In this document: in pieces, positions 17,518 through 32,330 of the stretch
Numbering within the stretch: the stretch's first letter is position 1
Layout: every line of letters begins with the position of its first letter
Assembly (NCBI RefSeq): GCF_009914755.1
Contig: NC_060935.1
Length of the DNA stretch: 64,000 nucleotides
Reading direction: 5' to 3' (one strand)
DNA from: the human T2T-CHM13v2.0 reference genome, Homo sapiens
Position numbers and translations under genes: made by a program
Notes under the pieces: model-generated
The model's input: the letters and a program-made list of their open reading frames with translations, nothing else
Database searches by the model: none
Told to the model about the DNA's origin: nothing

Positions 17518-20349
17518 TGATTTTAAAGAATATCAGAAATTTCCAGAGTTTTTTATTTCTATCAATCCTGTTAGAGTGAATTTAGTCATTTCTATGATTT
17601 TTAACAGCCTACAATTTCAACCAACAATTTCGTTGCTTCTCCTGAAGAGAGTATAGTGGTATGTGATGTATTTTATGTCATAGAGCTTTTTTTTACATGG
17701 GAAATAATAGTGCAAGTTGTGGTTTTATATTTTCAATGATCATTTTTCTCTCCTCCTCTTGTTTTAACCTCTCAGGAGCATTTGAAGATACTTTACTGTT
17801 CTGTCCTTGAATTATCTTCTCAGCTTTTATAGTATCAACTTGCTCCTATACCTCCCCAACAATTTTCCAAGATTCAATCAGAAAAAAATCCATAAATCCT
17901 ATCTTCAAATCTTAACATTTGCATACTTGACCCTACATGATTAGATTTCTATTCACCTCATCTACTTTATCTTCTGCTTCACCTCCACAAATACTCTGCT
18001 ACAACCATTTCTATTCTTTGAACTCCTTCATCTAATTTTAGAAGTCGGCTTTTTGAAATTTCTTTTTCCTGTGCCCCAAATACTCTCACTGCCTATTTTT
18101 CTATGGCTTACTGCTTATTAGGTAAGTTTCAGTCCACATATCCTGTTCTCAGTGAAAAGTTCTCTGGCTAGCCAATTTTGAGTACATGTACGTAAATAGG
18201 GAATGAAAGATTTTCAAGCCAAAATTCATAAAAGAACGACATCACAGGCCAACCTTTGATGAATGGGGGAGTTTAGCCACCCATTCTCAGATCAGGCAGC
18301 TGGGTTCTAAAATAAGATTTCAGTATTTATGTTAATCTCTTTAGAGATACCCCTGCTTTATTTTAACCTTATTAAAATGTTGATTATTTTGCCTAAAACT
18401 AATCTGTACCCTAAATCCTATAATAACTAAATCCTTTCATTTGTTTGTTGAGACACCCCATTGTTCCTCTGGTCTCCCTCTTTGCAATTAGTTAGAAAAC
18501 AAAAACAAAAACCAAGACAACCCTGAATTTGTTGCATGACATGCTTCTGTCTAAAGTCATAGATTTATTGGGCTGGGAGAGTGTCATTGATATCTAACAT
18601 ACTCCATTCAGGATTCTACTCATGCTGAATTTTTTTTTGAAAGCTAAACATTGCCTTGGGTACTTTGATCATGTACTTCTAGCTCTTGGAAGAAGGCCAT
18701 CATTTTTGCAGAAATAACACCTCATTAAGAAAATTCTCCATTAAGAAATTATAATTTTCATTATACAAAAATTTATGTTTTAAATTATAACTCGCACTGG
18801 CATCTTTAATTTGACAATTTCTTATTTAATTATTTTTAGTATAGTTGACAAGCAAAAATGATCCTAGTTTTCATAACATGTATTAACAATTTGTATATAT
18901 TCAACCTGGCCAAGAGCATGTCAAATGTAAATAAGAAAACTTTAAGAATCTATCCCATATAAAAAAGTAACATAGAGCACATACAAAAATTTATGAATAA
19001 TCATGTTTATGACAAGTTTATTGATACTGGGAAATCATCTGAAATAAATATTCAATAAGAATCTATAGGTTGGCTAAAATGATATATTTTGTAATATATT
19101 GTTTATGTGAAAATCTGTTAGGCAGTATTAAATAAAGTTAAATAAATATGTGAAGTTCATTTTGTACCAAAGGAAATTCTTGTCATGTAACGTTAAGTAA
19201 TAATATACTAATCATTATACAACATAGAAATACATGAAAATATGATTAAATAATGACATGTTTTCAATATTAATAATTATTTTTATGAGTGTAATTGTTG
19301 GTAATTATAATATTATTACATTATATTTTTAAATAACATATTGTTGAAATATTACATATATCAATTTAAAATCTAAAATAAATGGAATAAAGACAGAGTA
19401 AGTAATAGACTTATATTAGAATCAGAACAATTCCTGAAGTTAAAAAGAGAAGGGAAACACCCAGAGAAAATGTTTGGTGACTTGACTACATAAAATGTAG
19501 GTCCTCCTATATAACTAGAATTAAAGAACAGATAAAATAAGGAAATTCTTGTAAAAAAGATTACTTTTTGGGCAAACTGTAAAATGTGAAATACAGTAGA
19601 TGTTAAATATGAAAAAGTTACACTGGTAACTAAATTGTTGTAATTTGCAGCTAGTTGAAATATGTTTCAAGTATGATAAATACTTGTTAGAAATATGTGT
19701 AAAATAATAGGGTATAAATTATTGAAATAAAAATGTTTGATTTCCAAATGCATTTAAAAGTTCAAGTAGGAGATAAACAGAATGTACCATAAACACAAGA
19801 GTAAAAAAGGAAATCCTTTGTACATTTATTTTCCAAATAGTCTACAATGAGAATTTCATACTTTTGCTTTTTAAAATGAAAAATTATTTTCTTGATTTAG
19901 TAACTATTATGTTAGTAATGATAGTAGATGCAATAGATACTAGGGAAACAACAAACATTCACACACACAAATGCTCATACACACGAAAAACATATAACAG
20001 TATACATTAAAATTTATTAACAATGGATATCTAAGAACATCAAGAATTGGTAACCTTTATAATCATTTTATTTCCATTATTCTGTATTGGCTATTCTTAA
20101 AGAGTCACCATGATTTATTCAAGTAAATAAATTTTTTATTATTTTATTATAAAAAGTTTCAAATATACAGAAAATTAAAAAAAAATTATGACCAATTATA
20201 TAGTCAACCACCAAGATTCTTTCATTAAATTTTAACTCTACTTGCTTTATCATATGAATGTTCCTTGATGTATGATGAGGTTACATCCCAATAAAGTAAT
20301 CATAAGTTGAAGATATTTAAAGTAAAAATGTATTTAATATACATAATCT

Positions 20350-22335
20350 ATGTCATATTAAATCCAAGTAAGATTACCCCAATATGAATTATAATCACAC
20401 TGTCAAAGTTCAAAAATAAAGATTCTGAAAGTGGCAGGGGAAAGAAACAAATAACTGATGAAAGAAATTGAAGAGGATACCAAAAAAAATGGAAAGATAT
20501 TCCACGTTCATGGATTGGAAGAGCCAATATTGTTAAAATGTCCATACTACCCGAAGCAACCTACAGATTCAATGCAATCACTATCAAAATATCAATGGCA
20601 TTCTTCACACAAATAAAAAAAATCCTAAAATGTATACGGAACCACAAAAGACCCAGAATAGCCAAAGCCATCCTAAGCAAAATGAACGAAACTGGGAGAG
20701 CCACATTACCTGACTTCAAATCATACTACAGAGCTATAGTAACCCAAACAGCATGGTATTGTCATGAAAACAGACACATAGACCAATGGAACAGAATGAA
20801 GAACACAGAAACAAATCCACACACCTACAGTAAACTCATTTTTGACAAAGGTGCCAGGAACATACACTGGGGAAAAGGCAGTCTCTTTAACAGATGGTGC
20901 TAGGGAAACTAGATATCCACATGCAAAAAAAGAAAAAAAAAAAAAGAAACTAGGCTGTATCACTGAATCTCTCACCATATACAAAAATCAAATCAAAATG
21001 GACTAAAGCGTTAAGTCTAATACTTCAAGCTAAGAAAGTACTACAAGAAAACATTGGGGAAACTCTCCCAGGCAATGGTCTGGGCAAAAATTTCTTGAGC
21101 AATACCCCACAAGCACAGGCAACCACAGCCAAAATGGACAAATAGGATCACATCAAGTTAAAAAACTTCTGCACAGCAAAAGAAACATTCAACTAAGTGA
21201 AGAGACAACCCACAGAATGGTAGCAAATATTTACAAAGTACCTATCTGAAAAGGGGTTCATAGCCAGAGTATACAAGGAGTTCAGACAATGCTATAGGAA
21301 AAAAGTCTAAAAATCCGATTAAAAAATAGGCAAAAGTTTGAATAGACATTTCTCAAAAGAAGACATACAAATGGCAAATGGGCTTATGAAAAGGTGCCTC
21401 CTATGAAAGCAATAGCGTTGCTCGTCAGAGAAATGCAAATTAAAACTACAATGAGATACCACCTCACCCCAGTTAAAATGGCTTTTATCCAAGAGACAGG
21501 CAATAACAAATGCTGGTGAGGATGTGAAGAGAAGCAATCTCTTGTACACTGTTGGTGGGAATGCAAACTAGTATAACCACTATGGAGAACAGTTTGGAGG
21601 TTCCTCAAAATACTGAAAAGGGAGCTACCATGGGATCCAGCAATCCTACTGCTGGGTATACACCCAAAAGAAAGGAAACCAGCATATGGAAGAGATATCT
21701 GCACTCCTATGTTTATTGCAGCACTATTCACAGTAGCCAAGATTTGGAAGCAACCCAAGTGTCCATCAACAGATGAATGAATAAAGAAAATCTGGTAATG
21801 TACACAATGGATTACTATTATTCTAATATTCAGTAGTAATATTCAGCCATGCAAAGAATGAGATCCTGTTGTTTGTGACAACATGAATATAACTGGAGAT
21901 CACTATGTTAACTGAAATAAAGCTTGCAAAGAAAGACAAACATTGCATATTCTCATTTATGCTGGATCTAAAAATCAAAACAACTGAGCTCATGGACATA
22001 GAGAGTAGAAGGATGGTTACCAGAGGCTGGGAAGTGTATTGGGGGTTGGGGAGGAGGTGGGGTTGGTTAATGGATACAAAAAGTAGAATGAATAAGACCT
22101 ACTCTTTGATAGCACAAAAGGATGATTACAGTTGACAATAATTTGATTGTACATTTGAAACAACTAAAAGAGTAAAAGTGAATTGTTGGTAACACAAAAG
22201 ATAAACGCTTGAGATGTATACCTCGTTCTCCATGATGTGATTATTATGCATTACATGCCTGTATCAAAACATATAATGCACCCCATAAATATATACACCG
22301 ATTATTTATCCACAAAAATTAAAAATAAAAACAAA
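20350..22335 (+). mobile_element. L1MA/PB element: ORF1-like piece fused to ORF2 3' part and 3' UTR
   Basis: ORF2-like ORF 20538-20903; L1MA-type 3' end with A-rich tail at about 22320. Confidence 0.8.
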
Positions 22336-25320
22336 AGAAGAAACAGCACCAATATACAACCTACCATTTTACCTCAAGAAAATAGAAAAACAAGAGCAAA
22401 TGCAAAATTAGTACTCCTATTTTACCTATAAAACTAGACTACTTTATATTGTTTAAAGACAAACAATAGAAGAGAGACATAAAAAGAAGAGTTGATTTGT
22501 TGAAAAGATAAACAAAATTGACAAACCGGTAATTAGACTAAGAAAAAGAGAGAAAACTCAAATAAATAAAATGAGAGATGAAAAAGGAGACGTTACAACT
22601 GATATCGCAGAAATCATAGAGGATCTGAAGACTATTATGAACAATTATACACCAAATAATTGGAAAATCGAGAAGAAATAGATAAATTCCTGGAAACATA
22701 GGAGCTACCAAAATTGCATTATGAATAAATGGAAACCTGAACAGACCAATAATGTGCAAGGAGATTGAATCAATAATAAAAGGAAGCCATCAAAAAAAGC
22801 TCAGTACCGCACAGCTTAATTTTGTCAAATATTTACAGAAGATTTACTACCAATTCTTCACAAAATATTCCAAAAAACTAAAGAGGAGGGAATTATTCCC
22901 AACTAATTCTACAAGGTCGGCTGTACCCAGGCACCAAAACCAGACAAGGTCCCAAAAACAAAAGAAGAAAAACTACAGACCAATATCCCTGAGGAACATA
23001 GATACAGTAATCCTCAATAAAATGCTATCAAACTGATTTCAACAGTCTGTGGAAAAGATTGTTCACCATGATCAAGTGAGATACATCCTAGAAATGCAAG
23101 GATGGTTCAAAATATGAATATCAATAAATGTGATACATTAAATTAACAGAATGAAGGAAAAATATAATCATTTTAATAGATGCTGAAAAAGTGTTTGACA
23201 AAATTCAACACTCTTCATGATAAAAACTCTGAACAAATTAGGTGTAGAAGGAATGCATCTCAACACAATAAAGGTCATATATGACAAACCCTCAGCTAAC
23301 ATTATACTCAGTGGGGAAAAGTTGAAAGCTTTTTCACTGAAATCGGCAACAAGACAAGGATGCCTAATTTCACTACTTGTATTCAACATAGTATGGAAGT
23401 CCTAGCCAGAGCAATTAGGCAAGAGAAAGAAATAGAAGGCATCCACACTGGAAAGGAAGAAGTTAATTTTTCCCTGTTTGCGAATAACATCATCTTATAC
23501 GTAGAAAACTCTAAAGGCTCCACCAATAACTATTAGAACTAGTATGCAAATTCAGTAAAGTGGAAGGATAAAAAATCAACAAAAATATTAGTAGTCTTTT
23601 TATATGTTAATAGCAAACTATCTGAAAAAGAAATCAAGAAAACTATCCCATTTACAATAGCTGCAAAAATAAAATAAAATACCCAGACATAAATTTAACC
23701 AAGAAGGTGAAATATCTCTATGATGACAAAAAAACTGATTAAAGAAATTGAAGAAGACACAAAGAAATGAATATTACATATGAATAAATTGGAAAAATAA
23801 ATATTGCTAAAACATTCATACTACTCAAAACTATATACAGATTCAATGCAATCACTATCAAAATACTAATGACACTTTTTTATAGAAATAGGAAAAACAA
23901 TCCTAAAAGACCTATAAAACCACACAAACCCCCAAATAACCAAAGTAATTTTCACCACAAAGAACAAAGTTGAAGACATCATATTACGGGGCTGCAAAAT
24001 ATGCAATAAAGCTATAGTAACCAAAACATCATGGCACTAGCATAAAAACAGATACATTGACCAATGAAACAGAAATAGAGAGCCTAGAAATAATTCCAAG
24101 CACTTAGAGACAATAGATTTTCGATCGAGTAAGTCACCAAGAACACATATTGGGAAAAGGAGTCTCTTCAGTAAGTAGGATAGGAAGAAGTAGATAGTCA
24201 CATGCACAATGAAATTAGACCCTTATCTCACCTTATGTATAAAAAGGTCAAAGAAGATTAAAGACCTAAACATAAGACCAGAAACCATGAAACTACTAGA
24301 AGAAAATATAGGGGAAAGGCTTCAGAGATTGGTGTGGGTAAGGATTTTTTTTTGGATATGACCTCAAAATCAAAGATGACAAAAAGCAAAATAGACAAAT
24401 GAGATTACATTCAAAGAAAAAGATTCTGCACAGCAGAGAAAACAATCCACAAAGTGCAAACACAACCTGTAAAGTGGGAGAAAATCTTTGCAGTCTATAC
24501 AACTGATATGGCATTAATATCTAAAATTTATAGGGAATCCAAACAACTTAATGACAAGAAAACAAACAACACTATTTTAAAAAGGGCAAAACACCTGAGT
24601 AAACATTTCTCAAAAGAAGACATACAAATGGCCAATAGGTCAATAGGTGTATTAAAAAATGTTAAACATCACTGATGATCAGGGAAATATAAATCAAAAC
24701 CACAATGAGATATCACTTTGCACCTATCTTAAGGGCTATTATCAAAAAGACAAAAGAACAAATAGTAAGGATGTGGAGAAAAATGAACTCTTACACACTG
24801 TTGGTGGGAAGGTTAATTAGTACAGACATTATGGAAAACACTCTATAGGGTCCTTAAAATATTAAAAATAGAATTATCATATGATTCAGTAACACCACTA
24901 TTGAGTATACATCCAAAGGAAATAAAATCAGTATATCAAAGAGATATCTGTGCTTCCAGGTTTATTGCAGCACTATGCACAAAGGCCAAGATATGGAATC
25001 ACCCTAAGTGTCCCATCTACAGATAAAAATGGATAAAGAAAATGTGGTATATATACACAATGGAATACTATTCAGCCATCAAAAAGAACACAATCCTGTT
25101 AGTTGCAACATGTTTGAACCTGGAGAACATTAAGTTAAATAGATAAGGCATAAAATGACAAATGTTGGATGATCTCACTCATATGTGAGTGAGAAAAAAC
25201 TTGATCTCACAGAAGTAGGGAGTAGAATGTTGGTTACCAGAGGTGTGGATGGTTAAGGGAGAGGTAGGGATAGGGAGATGGTGGTCAAAGGATATGTAAT
25301 TACAGTTATATAGGAGAAAT
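22336..25320 (+). mobile_element. L1MA ORF2 and 3' end
   Basis: Degenerate RT translation ([12 protein letters not shown]...TRQGCLIS) and L1MA 3' UTR. Confidence 0.8.
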
Positions 25321-25329
25321 GTATATAAT

Positions 25330-26060
25330 ATATTAAACATGTGTCCAGAATAGGCAATTATATAGAGTTAGAAAGTAGATAAGTAATTGCCTGGGGCTAG
25401 GGGAAGAGGGGAAGACAATAGGTGGGAGCGGGGAGGAAAAGGAAGAATGACTGCTAATGGTTATGAAGTTTTTTATGTGATGAAACTGTTCTAAAATTGA
25501 TTGTGGTGATGGTTGTGTAACTCTGTGAACATACTAAGACCACTGGATTATAGACTTTATTTATTTTTGTTATTTCTCTTTTTTATTACATTTCAATAGT
25601 TTTTGGGGAACAGATGGTTTTTGGTTACATAGATAAGTTCTGCAGTGGTGATTTCTGAGATTTTGGGGCACTGGTTACCAGAGCTGCGTATACTATACCC
25701 AATGTGTAGTCTTTAATCATTCACCTCCTCCCACCCTTCCTCCCACATCCCCAAAGTCCATTATATAATTCTCATACCTTTGCATCCTCCTAGCTTAGCT
25801 CCCACTTGTAAGTGAGAACATACAATATTTAATTTTCCACTCTTGAGTTACTTCACTTAGAACAATGGTCTCCAACTCCATCCAGGTTGCTGCAAATGCC
25901 ATTATTTCATTTCTTTTTATAGCTGAGTAGTATTCCATGGTGTATATACTACATTTCTTTATCCACTTGTTGGTTGATGGGCATTTAGGCTGGATGATAC
26001 ACTTTAAATGGATGAATTGTATGATATGTAAATTATATCTTTAAAGCTGTTTAAAAGAAA
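25330..26060 (+). mobile_element. L1MB-type 3' end interrupted by an antisense L1 3' end
   Basis: gatggttgtgtaactctgtgaacatactaa...cactttaaatggatgaattgtatg. Confidence 0.65.
25560..25991 (-). mobile_element. L1PA16/L1PB-type 3' end with degenerate TSD
   Basis: TSD ggattatagacttta (25545) / ggatgatacacttta (25992). Confidence 0.75.
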
Positions 26061-29000
26061 AGTCCAGGACTTGATGGTTTCACTCATGAATTCTACAAAA
26101 CACTTAAAGAAGAAAGAAAACCAGTCCTTCTCAAACTCTTTCAAAAAACTGAAGAAGAGGGCAAAATTCCAAACTCATTTCATGAGGGTAGGACTACTCT
26201 GATATGAAAGACAGACAAGGACCATACAATAAAAGAAAATTACTCTGAGAGCAGTGGCTCACACCTATAATCCCGGTACATTGAGAGGCTGAGGCAGGAG
26301 GACCACTTGAGCCCCGCAGTTTGAGACCAACCTAGGCAACATAGTGAGACCGTGTTTCTACAAAAAATAGAAAAAGGTAGCTAGACAAGGTGGTGCATGC
26401 CTGTAATCCCAGCTACTTGGGAGGCTGAGGTAAGAGGATTGCTGGAGCCCAGGAGTTGAGGCTGAAGTGAGCCGTGATCACACCACTGCATTCCAGCCTG
26501 GGCAGCAGAGTGAGATACTGTCTCAAAAATATTACACGCAAACATCCTCAACAAATATAAACATAGATGCAAAAATCCTCAACAATACTAGTAAACTGAA
26601 TTCCACAGCATATAAAAATTATCATTCATCAAGATCAAGTGAGATTTATCCATAGGGTAAAGATGTTTCCACATACACATGTGATATACCATATTAACAG
26701 AATGACGAATAGAAATCATATGGTCATCTCAATAGATGGAGAAAGTATTTAACAAAATTCAACGTTTTTTTCCATGAAAAATGTTCTCAACAAATTCCAT
26801 ATAGAAGGAATGCACCTCAACACAATAAAGGCCATATAAGACATACCCTCAGCTAACATCATACTCAGTGAGGAAAAGTTTAAAGCTTTTCCTCAAAGGT
26901 CAGGAACATAATAAAAATGCGCACTCTGACCACTTCTAGTCAGCATAGTACTGGAAGTCCTAGCCAGAGCAATTCAGCAGGAGAAAGAAATAAAAGGTTT
27001 CTAGATCAAAAAGGAAGCAGTTAAATTGTCCCTGGTTTTCAGATGACATGATTGTATATGAAGAAAACTTTATAGACTCCACCAAAAAACTGTTAGCACT
27101 GATAAAAATTCAGTAAATTAGCAAGATATAAAATTAACACATAAAATTAGTAGCTTTTCTATACACTAACAAGAAACTATCTAAAAAAGAAATCAAGAAC
27201 ACAATTTCGTTTATGATAGCATTAATAAGAATAAGTTACTTAGGAATATATTTAGCCAAGGAAGTAAAAACCTGTACACTGAAAACTGTAAAACATTGAT
27301 GAAGGAAACTGAAGAAGACACAAATAAATGGGAAGATAGCCTCTGTTCATGGATTGGAAGAATTAATATTGTTAAAACATCCACACTACCCAAAGCAATC
27401 TACAGATTCAGTGTAGTCCCTATCAAAATACCAATGACATTCTTCACAGAAGTAGAAAACACAACCTTAAAATTATTATGGAACCATATAAGACCTTGAA
27501 TAGCCAAAGCACTCTCAAGTAAAACATGAAAAATAAAATACAAAAACCAAAACTGGAGGTATAATAATACCTGACTTCAAAATATACTACAAAATATATT
27601 ATAAAGCTATAGTAATTAAAACAGCAAGGTACTAATATTAACAAAAGGACACAAAGACCAATGGAGCAGACTAAAGAGCCTAGGTATAATTCCACACATT
27701 TACTGTCAATTGACTTTTGCCAAAGGTGGCAAGAACAGACAAGGGGGACAATCAGTCTCTTTAATAAATGGTATTGGGATAACTCAATATCCACAAACAA
27801 AAGAATAAAATTAGATCCTTATCTCACTCTACATACAAAAATTACATCAAAATGGATTAAAGGCTTAACTGTAAGACTAGAAACTCTAAAACAGCTAGTA
27901 GAAAATGGGGGAAAAGCTTCATGGCATTGGTCTGGGCAATAATTTTTTGAATAAGAATCCAAAAGCATAGGCAACAAAAATGAAAATTGGCAGAATTATT
28001 TAAAACTACAAAAACTTCTGCATAGGCAGGAAAAAACAGAAGAAAAAGGCAATCTATGGAATGGGAGAAAATATTTGCAAACCTTTATCTGATAAGGGGT
28101 TAATAGCCAAAATAGATAAATAATTCCAACAACCCAATAGTAGGGAATAAACTTCTTAAAAAATGGGCAAAGTACCTAAATAGGCAATTCTCAAATAAGA
28201 CATACAAATGGCCCATAGGTAAATGAAGAAAAGAAAAAGGTCAACAAAATTAATCATCAGGGAAATGCAAATTAAAACCACAATGAGATATCACCTCATA
28301 CATGTTAGAATGACTATTAACGAAAAGACAAAAGATAAAAAGTGTTGGAGAGAATGGGGAGAAGGGGAACCCTTGCACATTGTTGGTGGGAATGTTAGAT
28401 AGTATAACTATTATGGAAAACAGTATGGACAGTCATAAAAAAATTAAAAATAGAACTAGCTATGATCCAGCAATCTCACTACTGTGTATATATCCAAATA
28501 TATGAAATCAGTATGTTGAAGACATATTCATTCTCATGTTCATTGCAGCACTATCCACAATATCCCAGATATGGACTCAAAATAAGTGTCTATCGATGGA
28601 TGAATGGATATAGAAAATGTAGTATATACACATAATAGAATACTATTCAGTCTTATAAAAGAAAGAAATTCTGTCATTTGCAATAACATGGATGAACTTA
28701 GAGGACATAATGTTAAATGAAGTAAGCCAGGCACAGAAAGACAAATACCCCATTATCTTACTCACATGTTGAACACATAGAAGTAGAGTAGAATTGTGGC
28801 TTGGACCCTGGGGTGGGGTAAGGAGTAGAGGATGGAGAGATGTTGGTCACAGGACACAAAAGTTCAGTTAGATAAGAGAACTAAGTTCAAGAGATCTATT
28901 GTACAACATGGTGATTATAGTTAAAATAGATGCATCTCATTCTTGAAAATTGCTAAGAATGCAGGTTTTAAATTTTCTTACCACAACAAATGAGGTAACG

Positions 29001-29095
29001 TATATGTTAATTAGCTCAATTTACCCATTCCACAATGTATACATATTTTAAAACATGTACTGATAAATATAATTTTATTTTTCAATAAAAAAATT
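26061..29095 (+). mobile_element. L1MA (MA8/9-like) ORF2 and 3' end, with AluJ insertion
   Basis: ORF2-like peptides ([17 protein letters not shown]) and L1MA 3' UTR. Confidence 0.8.
26245..26530 (+). mobile_element. AluJ-like
   Basis: Diverged dimer inside L1. Confidence 0.85.
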
Positions 29096-30452
29096 TTTAA
29101 AATTTATAAAAGGGAAAAATTAGGTTATAGACTACAACTATAGTATAGTCACTATTCTACATACTTATCATATTATAATATTTAGCAAATAGATATAGGA
29201 ATTGATACAGATGAAAATAAATACAAATACAGATTCAGATATAGATACAGATGTATAGATATGTAAATTTATAAACAAAGATGTATAGCTATATATAACA
29301 AATTTTAACAGTAAAATTGCTTGAGAGCTCTAAGATTATAGTTTTATGAGCTCCATTTCAAGTTTGTTTTTTCATAATTTCTAATGCTTCCCAGAAGTAA
29401 CATAGGCTTTTAATAAAATAAGTGTTGAAAATATGAGCAATATGCCTTTTTTCTCATAAAAAAGTATCAACTATAATACACTGAGAAGGAATTGTGATTG
29501 GAGAAAATGTCACAGAGGAGATGACATGAGAATTAGATATGAAAGGAGGAATAAGAGTTTTCCACAAGTTGATGGAGGTTATCTCAAGAGAAGGCAGAGT
29601 ACCCGAAGAGTATGGTATAACCTGAGAAAACGGACAAATTAATGGCCTGGTGTATCTAAAGCTCAGGTTGCATAGAAGGTATTGGGAAGTGTGGTTGTAA
29701 AAGCACGCAGAATTCACGTGAATAGACATCTTGAATGTCCTCCTGAGGAGGAGATCATTGAAGAACACAGCCTGACACTGAGAATGAAGGAGTTCCCTTT
29801 CTTCAGAATTTCCCCAGCACACACCACACCTTCAGAAACCATATGTCATTTCCCAACACAAAAATGATCAGACTCAGGTTCCTCAAGGGTTGTTCTGCAA
29901 AATATGAATCACATAATTTATTTGCAATCCTCTATTATAGACATTCATGTTCATAGGATATAAATTATAACATAATAGAAATAAATGGAAAACCTAGGAA
30001 TCACTGATTCTAAGAATGTCACTTAGCTAGAATGAAGGACATAAAAGAATGGAGGTTTGTACGTGACTTTACATGAATACAACGTGTCTCAGAGCTTCAG
30101 AAACTCAGTACAGGATGGCTGAACAAATTCCAATGCCAGAGCACTGTTCCCACTTTATTTCCGAAGATTATGATAGTGTTGTCCTGTTAAGGATACATGA
30201 CTTCTGAAAAATCAATCTATTCTCTCTCAGGCTCTGTGCAGGAGGTAGTTTGTTCAGTCAAACATTGCATTGCTTTCCTAGGTTGTTTAAAAAATGGAAG
30301 AATAAGCCCTGTAACTTCCCAGTTGACCTTGCTCCAGACATCGTACTCACTGAGTTATTTCCTACGGTATCAGCTGACCTCTCCCATCTACCACTTTCAT
30401 ACCCACTTACCAGATAGCTAGAGATTCTGAAAACTCAGTTCTTAAACCAAAG

Positions 30453-31396
30453 TTATTTCTGTTTTATAAACAAAAACTGAACCACCTGTTCCTGGATTTG
30501 CTTGGTTTTGATCCCATAAATAATGGGATTCAGCATAGGTGGAGCCAGAATGCAGACATTAGCCAACGGGATGTGGATACAAGGTGGAATGTGGCGTCCA
30601 AACCTCTGGGTAAGGATTGTGAAGATGCCAGACCCATAAAAGAGGATGATGATGCAGACATGGGAGCCAAATGTGTTGAGAGCTTTGTGGCAAGCATCTG
30701 GAGAAGGCATGTGGAAGACAGCATGGAGAATCAGCATATAGGAAATAAAAATTAGTACAACATCTAAGACCACCGTCGACATTAGAATGGAAAACCCATA
30801 CCAAATGTTTATTCGAATGTCATTACATGCATATTTGGCTAGGCCAATGTGTTCACAAAAGGTGTGTGGAATAATATTATTCTGGCAGAAAGTCAATCTT
30901 TTTAAAAGAAATATGATAGGGAAAATTGTACCATAACTTCTCAGAGAGACAGTCACACAAATTTTCTTGATCAGAGCATTTGTAAGAATGGTGGTGTACC
31001 TCAGTGGGTAGCATATGGCAATATAGTGGTCAAAGGCCATCACCAGCAAGATCCCTGACTCAGAGATGAAGGTGGAATGGATGAAGAAGAGCTGAGTGAT
31101 GCAACGATCCAGGGAGATGTCCCCAGCACGGAACCAGAAGATAGCTAAGGCCTGAGGAATGGTGCACGTGGAGAGGACAATGTCTGCTCCAGCCAGCATG
31201 CAGAGGAAGAGGTACATGGGTTCATGGAGGCTGCGCTTTGTGAGGATAATGAAGATGAGCAGGCTGTTCCCAAGAAGGCGGTGACATAGGAAATGAAGAA
31301 TGGGATAGAAATCCACATGTGCTGGTCCTGTAGGCCAGGGATGCCCAGCAAGTGGAAGACTGTGTGGCTAGTGCCACTGTGGTTTACAGTAGGCAT
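30453..31396 (-). pseudogene. OR52B4: Olfactory receptor 52B4 (class I OR), frameshifted allele with a 1-bp deletion after codon 40
   Basis: N-terminus MPTVNHSGTS...YVTA is in one frame and LLGNSLL...LHEPMY...MAFDHYIAIC...PPMLNPIIY in another. Span is 944 nt; adding one C (GCC CTT CTT GGG) at 31277-31278 gives 945 nt = 314 aa. Confidence 0.92.
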
Positions 31397-31599
31397 AGCT
31401 GGGGAGAACTTTCAGAACCTCACCTCCTACTCACAGAGGTAGAAGAAGATAAAATCTGCAACATTCTTTGCGATGTCACCAGGAGCTTATGGCATATTCC
31501 ATAATCTTCGTCTTCTTTGAACATGTAAATAACAAACATGCAAATATGAAAGGTGGTGGTCTATACTCTAATGAATGACAGCCAGACAATATCTCCAAG

Positions 31600-32330
31600 T
31601 AATCAGAATAAGAGACATTATTGTATGCGCTTTAATTATGAATGGAGGATTATGAATATACAGAGGAAATTATTATTTCTGTGTGGGAAAGCTGAATAAG
31701 GTGATACTTAAAATTGAGTAGTTTATCGTAAAGTTAATAATGAAGAGAGAAAGAAAGTAGCATAAGAAAAGGTGAGTGTACAGATCAATGCACAGTATGT
31801 TTCTGAAATATTTTCAGGCCAGGGTGGCTGGTGCATAAGGAGTACTGAGGAGAACAAGGGAGGTGATGGTATAGGCAGGTTTTTCCTGAATGTGAAGGGC
31901 TTCGATCACAACTTCACTCTTAGGCCCCATCCTTTACACAGGGGCAGTCATTAGTTTAGAAAGATGATCTGTTGATATTTGTTGGAACGTTGATTGATTG
32001 AAGACACTAAAGCCTAAAAGGCCAGTGGTGTTCCAGGAGTGGACAAAATCTTATTGTATTACAGTCGCAGGAGAATTTAGCTAATGTTTATTAAGCATCA
32101 CTTTATGCCACGGGCTGTAGTTTGCACTTTGTACGTTCTTAATGCAGGGAGTAGACATCCACTCTTAGAACTGGATAGTACCCCTATTTCACACTTAAGG
32201 AAAGTGAGTCTTAGACAATGTGAATAACTTGCCACTTGTCACAAAGCAGCAATTGATAGAAATGAGATTTGAAACCTCTGACTTCACCACATACAGTTTG
32301 CTCACTTATGAAGAGGGTCAAGGTACCTCT
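31600..32330. mobile_element. Degenerate L2 and MIR fragments
   Basis: MIR core-like cccctatttcacacttaaggaaagtgagtcttagacaatgtgaataacttgcc; purine-rich L2-like stretch upstream. Confidence 0.5.

Noticed and set aside
30453-31316. 287-aa ORF as an intact OR
   Set aside because: Starts at GTG in the shifted frame and lacks the true N-terminus and most of TM1; artefact of the 1-bp deletion
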